A stretch of DNA of 64,000 nucleotides, from positions 1-64,000 of the forward strand of contig CAYMEV010000011.1 in assembly GCA_964389675.1 (NCBI GenBank), written 5' to 3'. Shown in pieces: positions 1-9,569 of the stretch. Both the position numbers and the translations under genes were made by a program. The stretch comes from an uncultured Candidatus Sumerlaeota bacterium (GTDB lineage Bacteria > CAYMEV01). Below the pieces are notes generated by a model that saw only the letters and a program-made list of their open reading frames with translations, was not told where the DNA came from and did not search any database. The number at the start of each line of letters is the position of its first letter. The stretch's first letter is position 1.

Positions 1-1
1 T

Positions 2-742
2 ATGTTAATTAAAAGCAATGATAATTCAAATGATCAAAAAGAAGATGGTTTTTTTAACCTCATTGATCACTGCATTGATATAAAAACCCGCAAGAGCCCA
101 GTTAAAGCCAAAAGCTATAATCAGAAGCTGTATATTGATAAGATTATGGAAAATGACATAGTCTTTTCTATCGGTCCTGCAGGGACAGGAAAAACATACC
201 TGGCTGTTGCAATGGCTCTCAAGTACCTTTATTCTGAAAGCATAAAAAGGATAATACTTACAAGGCCCGCAATTGAGGCAGGGGAGAAGCTGGGCTATCT
301 TCCCGGCGACCTGTATGAAAAGATCAACCCTTACTTAAGGCCCCTTTATGATGCATTATACGATATGATGCCGCCTGACAAGCTCCAGAACTATATACAG
401 CGAAACCTTATCGAGATTGCTCCCCTTGCATACATGAGAGGAAGAACGCTCAACTCCAGCTTTATAATACTCGATGAGGCACAGAATACTACCCCTGAAC
501 AGATGAAAATGGTCCTGACCAGAATGGGTTTTAATTCAAAAATAATAATCACAGGGGATATTACTCAGATAGATCTGCCTCAGAATCAGGCATCAGGCCT
601 GATCGAAGTAATAAGTATCCTCAAGGATATCAAAGGGATTGGATTCATGTACTTTGATAAAAGGGATGTGGTAAGGCACAGATTGGTAAAGGATATTGTC
701 GCTGCCTATGAAAAATATAAAAAACCGCCTGAGAAACACTAA
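2..742 (+). CDS. phoH: PhoH family ATPase (probably 5'-truncated by window edge)
   Basis: GPAGTGKT Walker [41 protein letters not shown]; leads the usual phoH-HD-ybeY block. Confidence 0.95.
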   Translation: MLIKSNDNSNDQKEDGFFNLIDHCIDIKTRKSPVKAKSYNQKLYIDKIMENDIVFSIGPAGTGKTYLAVAMALKYLYSESIKRIILTRPAIEAGEKLGYLPGDLYEKINPYLRPLYDALYDMMPPDKLQNYIQRNLIEIAPLAYMRGRTLNSSFIILDEAQNTTPEQMKMVLTRMGFNSKIIITGDITQIDLPQNQASGLIEVISILKDIKGIGFMYFDKRDVVRHRLVKDIVAAYEKYKKPPEKH

Positions 743-3108
743 TGGAAGAAGATAATACAATCCTGTATAATTTTAAGGAAAGCCTGGAATCATTCAAATT
801 CGATAAATATAAAAGTGGCACAAAGAATCTTATACATATACGAAATGCTGACAAGATTCCTTCAAAGAAACTCCTGAGATTTTTTATTTTCCTTATCCCT
901 TTTGCACTGATCCTGTCGTATTTTATTATCCCTAAGGACAGTTTCAGCCCCTATAAGCTTAATCTTGGCGAGATATCAGACCAGAACATCAAAGCACCCT
1001 TTGATATAGAGATTGAAGATATTAAGACAACAGACAGGAAAAAGCAGGAAAAGCTTGAATCAATACCCCCTGTGTTTGATTATGACCCATCGGTCTCTGA
1101 ACTTAAGAAAAAATTCATTGTATCTCTCTTTAAGTTCTTATCCAACTATTTCCAGGCTCTTATAGAAGAGAACAAGAATCAGAAGGAAATACCGCAGATC
1201 AGCTTTGAGGAATTGAATACTATTATAATAAGGGAATATGGCATTGATTTCACAGTAAAGGAATTAAAAGAGCTTTTCGGAATCATGAAGAACGGGCATA
1301 ATGATCAGCTTCTATCCTTCCTCAACAGCGATATTATCGATTATATATATGAAAAAAAGCTTATAAGGGATGTGTCAGAATTAAACAAATATGCCAATTC
1401 CGGCATCCTTATAAAAAACATTGAAACAGGTAAAGAGGAAGAAATTAATATCTTTACAGATATACTTGACTTAAGTAATATACAGGAACATATTAAGACC
1501 AAAATTGATATCTTTATCCTAAATTTTAATTATCCTGTAAAGCCTCTGCTTTATAAAATACTTAATAATATTATTGAACCAAACATTACTTTTAACCGGG
1601 CTGAATCTGAAAAAATCAAAAATGAACTGATTGAGGGTATTCCCAAGGTATTCTTCTCAAAGAAAAAGGGGGAAAAGATAATAGGAGAAGGGGAGAGGGC
1701 AACCGAAAGCCAGGTAATGCTCCTTGACGAGATAAACAGAAGGATATCCGTAGATAAAGCTACATATTCACAGTACTTTTATTTCTTCATCTATTCTTCC
1801 ATAATTGTTTTGATATTCTTTTTCCTGCTTCTTTTATTTCACCCCTGGCATGCTTTATCAAATTACTATAATTATTTCATGATACTTGCGCTGTTCCTTC
1901 TGAATATATTCATCATGAACATTCTATGGCATTTTTACATGCTTTTATCATCAGCATTTGACAAGGAACCATTTGTTACAGTTGACCTATACCTCTATGC
2001 CTTGCCCTATGCATTCGGGGTGCTGATGCTTTCTGTACTGCTGAATTCAAAGACTGCACTTACTTTTGGTATTTTCCAGATCTGTTTTTATGTGCTCCTT
2101 TTCAATCTGAACAGTTTTCAGATCATCTACATATTCATAGGTATTGCTTCAGCATCCATTATGCGCGAAATCATAAAGAAAAAGAATTTTTATATAAAGA
2201 GCGTCCTTATTCTAATACTTCTCCAGTCATCCTCGGCTGTTCTGAATTCTCTGATCTCCGGCAACCATGGCCTGCCTGCCGTAGGTTTTATCCTGCTTTT
2301 GGTAATTATATCAGGTTTCAGTGTTTATGTGCTTATAAACACTCTTATACCTCTTTTTGAATGGATTTTCAGGCTTTCTACTGATATGAAACTGCTTGAG
2401 CTTCTTGACTTCAAGCATCCATTATTAGAGAAACTCATGTTTACGGCAAGCGGGACACTCCATCATTCCATTGCAGTTGCAAACCTTGCGGAAGTTGCTG
2501 CAAGGAGCATTGGATGCAATGCTATTCTATGCAGGGTTGCATCTTATTATCACGATATCGGGAAAATAAACAAGCCTGAGTATTTTATTGAAAATATCAC
2601 AAGCAGGGAAAATAAGCATGACAGGCTTAAACCTTCCATGAGTGCCCTGATATTAATATCACATGTAAAATCAGGATATGACCTTGGCAAAAAATTCAGA
2701 CTGCCGGCACCTATACTGGAGATAATCCAGCAGCACCACGGTACTGCGCTTATTAAATTTTTCTATGATAAAGCAGTAAAAAATCAGCCTGATGATAATA
2801 AGGGATCTGTATCGGAGGATAATTTCAGATATCCGGGTCCAAAGCCATATACCAAGGAATCAGCAATAATACTGATTGCAGACAGGGTAGAGGCTACCAG
2901 CAGGATTCTTATAAACCCCTCAACAGCAAAAATAAAATCAATGGTTGAAAACATTGTTAAATCAGCATTACTGGATGGCGATCTTGATAATGCAAACCTT
3001 TCTTTATTTGAGCTTTCAAAAATAATTGAATCATTCTGCAATGTCCTTTATGGTTCATTTCACAAGCGAATTGATTATCCGGACCAGCCTGAAAGCTACA
3101 AGATCTGA
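742..3108 (+). CDS. 7TM-HD membrane phosphohydrolase (PgpH-like, putative c-di-AMP phosphodiesterase)
   Basis: N-terminal TM, large extracytoplasmic region, about 7 TM helices, then HD domain: HHS...YYHDIGK...QHHGT...YPGPKP...ADRVEA. Confidence 0.88.
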   Translation: MEEDNTILYNFKESLESFKFDKYKSGTKNLIHIRNADKIPSKKLLRFFIFLIPFALILSYFIIPKDSFSPYKLNLGEISDQNIKAPFDIEIEDIKTTDRKKQEKLESIPPVFDYDPSVSELKKKFIVSLFKFLSNYFQALIEENKNQKEIPQISFEELNTIIIREYGIDFTVKELKELFGIMKNGHNDQLLSFLNSDIIDYIYEKKLIRDVSELNKYANSGILIKNIETGKEEEINIFTDILDLSNIQEHIKTKIDIFILNFNYPVKPLLYKILNNIIEPNITFNRAESEKIKNELIEGIPKVFFSKKKGEKIIGEGERATESQVMLLDEINRRISVDKATYSQYFYFFIYSSIIVLIFFFLLLLFHPWHALSNYYNYFMILALFLLNIFIMNILWHFYMLLSSAFDKEPFVTVDLYLYALPYAFGVLMLSVLLNSKTALTFGIFQICFYVLLFNLNSFQIIYIFIGIASASIMREIIKKKNFYIKSVLILILLQSSSAVLNSLISGNHGLPAVGFILLLVIISGFSVYVLINTLIPLFEWIFRLSTDMKLLELLDFKHPLLEKLMFTASGTLHHSIAVANLAEVAARSIGCNAILCRVASYYHDIGKINKPEYFIENITSRENKHDRLKPSMSALILISHVKSGYDLGKKFRLPAPILEIIQQHHGTALIKFFYDKAVKNQPDDNKGSVSEDNFRYPGPKPYTKESAIILIADRVEATSRILINPSTAKIKSMVENIVKSALLDGDLDNANLSLFELSKIIESFCNVLYGSFHKRIDYPDQPESYKI

Positions 3109-3662
3109 TGAAAAACATAATAGAAATAATCAACAACTCAGGCATTAATCTGTCCGATTACTGCATTTCAACATTGAGGAGGATCATCACTGATTTTTTT
3201 TCACCCCTTGGATATGCTTATTATTTATCCGTAGTCCTTACTGATGACTTTCAGATAAGGAATATAAACAGAAAATTCCTTTCAAAAGATCAGGAAACCG
3301 ATGTAATAGCATTCAGCTTTCTAAATAATTATCCCGAAAAGATATTTTCTGTCTCAAAACTAAAAAGTAAAGATATATACAGGCTGAAAGATGACTTAAA
3401 CCGAGAAGCAATACAGCCTGTGCTTCAGATCGGAGAATCATATATCTCCGTTGAACAGGCAATTGCCTACAGCGAAATTAATAAAACATCCGTTAATAAA
3501 GAGCTCAACTGGCTTCTTTTGCACAGCCTTCTTCATTTGATAGGCTATAGGGATAATACCGACAGGCAGAGGAATATTATGTTTAAGAAGGCAGAATATT
3601 TCTTATCATCATTCTATAATAAGAATAAGCAATATAATAAAAAAAAGAGAGGAAAAGGTTAG
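3108..3662 (+). CDS. ybeY: rRNA maturation endoribonuclease YbeY
   Basis: INRKFLSKDQETDVIAF and HSLLHLIGYRD motifs; conserved position between HD and CBS genes. Confidence 0.85.
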   Translation: MKNIIEIINNSGINLSDYCISTLRRIITDFFSPLGYAYYLSVVLTDDFQIRNINRKFLSKDQETDVIAFSFLNNYPEKIFSVSKLKSKDIYRLKDDLNREAIQPVLQIGESYISVEQAIAYSEINKTSVNKELNWLLLHSLLHLIGYRDNTDRQRNIMFKKAEYFLSSFYNKNKQYNKKKRGKG

Positions 3663-3664
3663 AC

Positions 3665-4900
3665 ATGGACCCTGTACCGCTGGAAATTTATCAGGCAGGC
3701 TTATGGATTATTTATGCGATCGCTTCTGTTTCTTTCATAAGCCTTATTTCACTTGGCAGACTCACCATTAAAAGGTTTTTAAAGGATTCAAAATATGAAA
3801 CCGCTTTGCTGGAATTCTGGATTGAGAACATTGACCATGCATCTCTATCCTACTTTATACTTAAACTGATCTCACTGATTGCAGTCCTCCTGATAGGGAA
3901 CAGTTATCAATCCAGTTCGATTCTGATTATTTTTATACCGGTTGCTGTATTTGAGATCTTCATTTATGTTATATTCTACCACAGCAATATAAGGTCCCAT
4001 ATATCACTGTATTCTGTAATACTGCTCAGAAGCGTTCTACTGCCTTATTTTCTTCTGGTCAAATATCTTTATCTTTTTTTTGATAAGCTGTCCAGCAGGC
4101 TAAGAAGTGATAAAGGCGAAGATACGGAAGAATCTGAATCAGAAAATGAAATAGAGGATATCATAATTGAAGACAGCAATCTTCTGGATAAAGATGAAAG
4201 AAAAATGATAATGTCAATTATCCAGTTTAATGATACTACAGCAAAGGAAGTAATGACCCCCAGAACCGACCTTGCATGTATTGAAGTCAGTTCATCCGCT
4301 GCAGAGATCATAGAACTCATAAACCGGGAAGGTCACTCAAGAATACCTGTATATGAGGAGAAGATAGATAATATCGTCGGAATCTTTTATGCAAAGGATC
4401 TTCTAAAGGAGATAAAGAATAAAAGCCTGGATTCAATAAATATAGGGGATTTCTTAAGATCCGCATACTTCGTTCCTGAAACAAAAAACATCAGTACTTT
4501 ATTAAAGGAATTCATGCGTGATGAAGTACATATAGCAATTGTTGTTGATGAATATGGCGGCACAGCAGGAGTGGTCTCGATTGAAGACCTCATTGAAGAA
4601 ATAGTAGGTGAAATCAGGGATGAATACGATTACGACGAAGACCAGGTTTTCAAAAAGCTTGAGGATAACAGCGTGCTTTTTGATGCAAAAGCAGATATAG
4701 AGATTTTGGAAGACCTCTTTGACATCGAAGTCCCTGAGGATGACTTTGAATCTATTGGTGGCCTGGTTTTTTCTATCATCGGAAGGGTACCTAAGCCTGG
4801 AGAAATATTAAAATTTGAAAACCTCATTCTTGAAATTGTTGAAGCTGATGACAGGAAGATATCAAAGATTAAAGTAAAAAAAGACCTCCAGGTAGAGTAG
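3665..4900 (+). CDS. Hemolysin/CorC family CBS-domain membrane protein
   Basis: Hydrophobic N-terminus, EVMTPRT, GHSRIPVY, VVDEYGGTAG, EDLIEEIVGEI, C-terminal CorC/HlyC domain. Confidence 0.9.
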   Translation: MDPVPLEIYQAGLWIIYAIASVSFISLISLGRLTIKRFLKDSKYETALLEFWIENIDHASLSYFILKLISLIAVLLIGNSYQSSSILIIFIPVAVFEIFIYVIFYHSNIRSHISLYSVILLRSVLLPYFLLVKYLYLFFDKLSSRLRSDKGEDTEESESENEIEDIIIEDSNLLDKDERKMIMSIIQFNDTTAKEVMTPRTDLACIEVSSSAAEIIELINREGHSRIPVYEEKIDNIVGIFYAKDLLKEIKNKSLDSINIGDFLRSAYFVPETKNISTLLKEFMRDEVHIAIVVDEYGGTAGVVSIEDLIEEIVGEIRDEYDYDEDQVFKKLEDNSVLFDAKADIEILEDLFDIEVPEDDFESIGGLVFSIIGRVPKPGEILKFENLILEIVEADDRKISKIKVKKDLQVE

Positions 4901-5059
4901 AGGGATAAGTATTTTATAAATTAGCTTATGCTGGATTTAACGGCATTGTACATAATTTAACATAATATTCCTTATAGGCCATTATGTCTTTTATCGTAAT
5001 TTTTAGGAAACTTTATAGAACCTTATTCAGTATATAAACAAAAATATAAGGAGCTGAAT

Positions 5060-5302
5060 GTGTCAGAAGATAAAAAAGCAATAATTGAAAAGATCAAAGA
5101 GAAACTGGATGAAGTCAGGGTATACCTTCAGAATGATGGCGGTGATCTCGAACTTGTGGAGATCACTGATGATTATACTGTCAGGGTAAAACTCCAGGGA
5201 GCCTGCAAAGGATGCCCCGGAGCAGTATATACGCTGAAATATGGGATTGAGAACTATCTAAAGGAAAGAATTCCAGAGGTCAAGGAAGTCCAGTCTGTAT
5301 GA
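5060..5302 (+). CDS. NifU C-terminal (Nfu) Fe-S cluster carrier
   Basis: YLQNDGGDLELV...LQGACKGCPGA; GTG start behind AAGGAG. Confidence 0.9.
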   Translation: MSEDKKAIIEKIKEKLDEVRVYLQNDGGDLELVEITDDYTVRVKLQGACKGCPGAVYTLKYGIENYLKERIPEVKEVQSV

Positions 5303-5306
5303 TAAA

Positions 5307-5332
5307 TGCAAGGGGGTTAATTACCCCTTGCA
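5307..5332. terminator. Hairpin between convergent nfu and fabD
   Basis: Stem TGCAAGGGG / CCCCTTGCA right after the nfu stop. Confidence 0.65.
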
Positions 5333-5384
5333 CCTTATTTGATAAATATTTTATATATATAATAATAATATAAACTAAAATATA

Positions 5385-6302
5385 CTATCTGCCTTTCTGA
5401 TCTCTATACCTTGCAATGCTTTCATCATCTTCAATGTTAAACCTGAAAGCCTTCCTGTCAATCCTCTTAACAAGACCTGCAAGTACATTTCCCGGCCCGA
5501 TTTCCAGGAATGAGTCAATTCCTTCATCGTTCATGTTCAGAATGGTCTGAGTAAACAAAACAGGACTGCAGCACTGCTTGACCAGAAGGCCTTTAATCTC
5601 CTCTGTATTTCTGTATGGCCTTGCTGTAACATTGGAATATACCGGGAATGCCGGCATTTTAACTTCTGTCTTGTCCAGCTCGCATTTCAACCTTTCTGAA
5701 GCAGGCATCATAAGCCTGGAATGAAATGGTGCGCTGACCTTAAGCTCAATGACCTTGTAATCCTTGAATAATTCAGCTGCTGTCTCGATGCCCTCAGAGC
5801 TTCCCGAAAGGACAAACTGCCCTGGAGAGTTGATATTGGCGATATCGCAGGGTTTTCCGGCCTGGCTGAGCTTCTGTTCAATAATATCAAGCTCAGCTCC
5901 AATTACAGCGATCATCTTCCCCATACCTAGAGGGACAGCTTCCTGCATATATTTTCCCCTTTTATGAACAAGCTCGATCGCTGTTTCAACTGATATTGAC
6001 TCAGCTGCACAGAGGGCGGTAAACTCGCCTAAGCTGTGGCCTGCTGCACAGGATGGAGAAAATGGGAATATTTTATATGAAAGGATACTGGCCAGTAATA
6101 TGAGTGGCTGTGCATATTCTGTTTTAGTCAATTCCTCGATCGGCCCTTCAAACATGAGGTATTTCGCATCTTTCCCGATTATTTCAGATGTAATATTAAA
6201 AAGATGCTCAAATTCCGGATGCTCCTCAAATATCCTCTTCCCCATTCCTACATACTGGGAAGCCTGCCCAGGAAATAAAAACGCTGTTTTTTCAAGCTTC
6301 AT
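5385..6302 (-). CDS. fabD: Malonyl-CoA:ACP transacylase
   Basis: FPGQASQYVGMG, GHSLGEF catalytic Ser, SAPFHS, EIGPG. Confidence 0.95.
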   Translation of the reverse strand: MKLEKTAFLFPGQASQYVGMGKRIFEEHPEFEHLFNITSEIIGKDAKYLMFEGPIEELTKTEYAQPLILLASILSYKIFPFSPSCAAGHSLGEFTALCAAESISVETAIELVHKRGKYMQEAVPLGMGKMIAVIGAELDIIEQKLSQAGKPCDIANINSPGQFVLSGSSEGIETAAELFKDYKVIELKVSAPFHSRLMMPASERLKCELDKTEVKMPAFPVYSNVTARPYRNTEEIKGLLVKQCCSPVLFTQTILNMNDEGIDSFLEIGPGNVLAGLVKRIDRKAFRFNIEDDESIARYRDQKGR

Positions 6303-6516
6303 AAGACTTCTCCTAAAAATAAAAAATAAGAATATAGAAATTTTTGTTATACTTATTTCAAAGAGCTAAAAGAATCAAGAAATTTTTCCCCGCAAGCTCT
6401 ATTGCTGATAAAGGATCACTAATTTCCCGGACAATTTTATCTTGATTTCATATCATTATTATGATAGGAATAGAGATAATTAAATTCAATAAAACAAAAA
6501 ACAAAAGGAGAATCTC

Positions 6517-7653
6517 ATGATTACTAAAAGAGATCTTTTTAGGCTCTTTACTGTTTTAACAGTTGTCTTTGTAATTACATTCAGTATCTATGCCGAAACA
6601 GCTACTGAAACTGAAATACCCGAAAAAGCACAGAAATACTATCAGCAGGCCCTGGAGGATTTATCCAAAAAGGATTTTAAATCTGCAGAAAAAAACCTTA
6701 CAAAAAGCCTTGAAAATTATCCTGATTACTTTGAAGCATTGAAGGAGCTTGGAAAGATAAAAGCAATGCTTTTCCTCGGAAATGTTCAGAAAAATCCTGA
6801 ATATGAGGGTCTGGAAGGTAATCAGGCAGTTGAATACCTTAGCAAGGCAAGTTCCCTTAATGAAAAGGATTATGAAATTTACATGTTTCTGTCCCAGCTA
6901 TATACCATCGGCTATCTTGAAAACATTGAACTGGCCAAGGAAAACATAATGAAAGCGATTGCACTGGAAAAATCTGACCTCATGATGTATGATTTTGCTC
7001 TTAGCCTGATGGATCCAAAGATTGATATGGGCTATCTGAAGTGCCTGTATAAAGACCTTGTAAATATCGAACCGGAGAATATGGACAATTTAGTCCAATA
7101 TTTCAATATATGCCACTCGCTGAATGAAACTGAAGATATGATCTGGGCCCTTGAAAAGATAGTTGAGACAAATAAAGACAGCCTGCAGGATGTAAGAAAC
7201 CTTGCTGTATTATATATACAGACAAATAAAAAGGAAAAAGCACTTAAGATTCTGCCTGATCTGGTCAAGCTTGGCGATAATAACAAGGATATACTGAATG
7301 TAGCAGCCAAGGGCTATATCCAGTTTGAAGATTATAAAAAAGCACTGGATATTGTTGAGAAGCTTAAGAAGATTGATGAAAAGGATCCTGCTGTTATCTA
7401 TGACTATGCTTTTATTCTTGAAAAACTGGGAAAAACGGACGATGCATTGAAAAATTATCTTACTGTCGTAAATTCCCCGGAAAAAATAAAGAACAAAGAC
7501 CTTGCAATGAGTGCACTTATAAATCTTTACCTCGATAAGGGTGATTATAAAAACGCATACAGCTATTGTGAAAAATATATTAATGAATTTCCTGACAGCA
7601 AATTCCTGGATAAGGTTAAAACCATAAAGGAAGAAATAAAGGAAAAGCTGTAG
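6517..7653 (+). CDS. Exported tetratricopeptide-repeat protein
   Basis: Signal-peptide-like N-terminus, repeated helical TPR patterns, ends with YINEFPDS-type repeat. Confidence 0.75.
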   Translation: MITKRDLFRLFTVLTVVFVITFSIYAETATETEIPEKAQKYYQQALEDLSKKDFKSAEKNLTKSLENYPDYFEALKELGKIKAMLFLGNVQKNPEYEGLEGNQAVEYLSKASSLNEKDYEIYMFLSQLYTIGYLENIELAKENIMKAIALEKSDLMMYDFALSLMDPKIDMGYLKCLYKDLVNIEPENMDNLVQYFNICHSLNETEDMIWALEKIVETNKDSLQDVRNLAVLYIQTNKKEKALKILPDLVKLGDNNKDILNVAAKGYIQFEDYKKALDIVEKLKKIDEKDPAVIYDYAFILEKLGKTDDALKNYLTVVNSPEKIKNKDLAMSALINLYLDKGDYKNAYSYCEKYINEFPDSKFLDKVKTIKEEIKEKL

Positions 7654-7666
7654 ACTAGAACTTTTT

Positions 7667-7696
7667 GAGCTGCAGGCAAAAGCCTGCAGCTCTTTT
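7667..7696. terminator. Intrinsic terminator between convergent genes
   Basis: 11-bp stem GAGCTGCAGGC-AAAA-GCCTGCAGCTC followed by TTTT. Confidence 0.8.
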
Positions 7697-9569
7697 ACCA
7701 GAATCTCCCCCTGTAGACCTTGGGAAACTCAACCGGATTGTAAATCCTTTTTGACTGCTTCAGGCCAAAAAAACCAAAATCTATGCCATCATTTACATAC
7801 AGGCTGTCCTGTGATTCAATAAATTTATGCTTGAGAAAATAAGACAGCCCTCCAAAACTGTTATCACACTTCATAATAAATGCATTGGAATACCTGCTGT
7901 TCATCTTGCCGCCCATAATAAAGCCTATAATGCGCGAATCATACTCTGCAATCATTATATCGACATCCAGCCTGAGAAGGTCGTCAATCTTCCCCATGGC
8001 ATTTTCGGTATAATAGCTGTCATACAGGCTGGGATACTTTATGCTCTGGTCAGCCAGCCATCTTGTATAGGCTTTATCAAGCAGTATTGAGTCACCCATA
8101 TTGAATCCCCTGCATATTACAGGGCTCAGGTTCCTTCTAAACCTGTATATCTTTTTTCTTAATGCGCGAAAATGCCTGCCTTCCATTTCCAGCACATTTT
8201 TCCTTGAGTATATATATTCCCTTCCTGCAATTTCAATCTCTTTATTCTCATACTCCTCAAGCTTCAGGAGGTCACCCTCAGTCAAAAAGGATACAGCTGC
8301 CTGCCTTTCGTCGTTCAGGCTGGCTGTAAACCTGAAGAGGTCCACAAGGTCCCCGGATTCAGAAAGAGGATTTAAGAAAAGGAGGCTGATCTTTTCCTTT
8401 CCATCCTTGATCCTCCAGCTGAAGATCTGCCTTAAACCGTTAATTTCCTTTATCAGGATCCTGCGTGCCCTGCTCAGCCCGCTGAAGTAAATGAAAGGCA
8501 CATAATGAAACCAGCTGGGTTTTTCTATTTTGTCATAGACAAAGCTTCTATATAAAAGGGCATTTTCCAGATTGAAGACATTGAATACGGCTTTTCTGCT
8601 GATGAAGAGGTCTGTGTCGACAGGAAGGCTTTCCCGTATATCTGCGAAAATAGGGTCCTTGTTTTTTGAAAAAATATAGTACCTCCTATATCTGTCGCTT
8701 GACAGCTCTCCCTTAAGAAGCAGATCTTTCACCCTGCAGTTTTTTTCCTCGATGTGCATGCAGTCCCTGAACTCACAGGGGGTTTTCTCCTGCAGGTCAA
8801 AGAACTCCGGATAGCCGGACCTGATAATATCATAATCAATGCTGTTATGAGACATCTTTCCGAAACCTGGTGTATCATAAATATAGCTTTCCTTAAAAAG
8901 CCTGTACATGATCGAGGTACTTGTTGTATGAGACCCCCTCCTGGACCTGGTCAGTTTTCCGATCTTCAGATCAATTTCAGGATTGAGAGCCTTAAGAAGA
9001 GATGATTTCCCGCTCCCTGACGGACCGATAAGCACGGTTTTCTTTCCCAGTAATATATTCCTGACCTCTTTTATATTTTCATTCTTCCTGACTGAAGTCA
9101 GGATTATTTCAAAGCCAGCGTTTCCGTATGATTCGATAATATCCCTGAACTGCTCCAGGTCTGCTGCATCAGTCTTGTTGAATATTATGCAGGGATGAAT
9201 GCCGTTATAGTTTGCATGGCTTAAGACAAGGTCAAGGTAAAAGGGGTTGATATTGGGCTCAACAAAACTGAATACAGCCAAAAGCTGGTCACAATTGGCT
9301 GCAATTACCTGATTTCTGACCTCTCTGTCCCTTTTTTCAAGAAATCTTGTCAGCTCGCTCTTCCGCTTCAGTATTCCGGTGACCATATACCTGCCCCTGT
9401 TAACCTCAAGGGTACATATATCACCTGAAACTATGCTGTGTTTTGAATTTGCCTCTAAAAGCTTTCCCTTTACTGTAGCTTTTATGAGCTCATCTTTATA
9501 AAAAACACCAAGTTCCCTGCCATAGCAAGCAGATACTAATCCGGTTTCAGCTCTGCTTTTTTTCTGCAT
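7695..9569 (-). CDS. rsgA: RsgA ribosome small subunit-dependent GTPase fused to a C-terminal DUF2156 (LPG synthase C-like) domain
   Basis: aa 1-300: NKTD, GPSGSGKSS, GSHTT, DTPG, Zn motif CEFRDCMHIEEKNC. aa ~330-624: EYIY..EGRHFRALRKKIYRF and YVNDGIDFGFFGLKQSKRIYNP, matching the DUF2156 pattern. Confidence 0.85.
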   Translation of the reverse strand: MQKKSRAETGLVSACYGRELGVFYKDELIKATVKGKLLEANSKHSIVSGDICTLEVNRGRYMVTGILKRKSELTRFLEKRDREVRNQVIAANCDQLLAVFSFVEPNINPFYLDLVLSHANYNGIHPCIIFNKTDAADLEQFRDIIESYGNAGFEIILTSVRKNENIKEVRNILLGKKTVLIGPSGSGKSSLLKALNPEIDLKIGKLTRSRRGSHTTSTSIMYRLFKESYIYDTPGFGKMSHNSIDYDIIRSGYPEFFDLQEKTPCEFRDCMHIEEKNCRVKDLLLKGELSSDRYRRYYIFSKNKDPIFADIRESLPVDTDLFISRKAVFNVFNLENALLYRSFVYDKIEKPSWFHYVPFIYFSGLSRARRILIKEINGLRQIFSWRIKDGKEKISLLFLNPLSESGDLVDLFRFTASLNDERQAAVSFLTEGDLLKLEEYENKEIEIAGREYIYSRKNVLEMEGRHFRALRKKIYRFRRNLSPVICRGFNMGDSILLDKAYTRWLADQSIKYPSLYDSYYTENAMGKIDDLLRLDVDIMIAEYDSRIIGFIMGGKMNSRYSNAFIMKCDNSFGGLSYFLKHKFIESQDSLYVNDGIDFGFFGLKQSKRIYNPVEFPKVYRGRFW

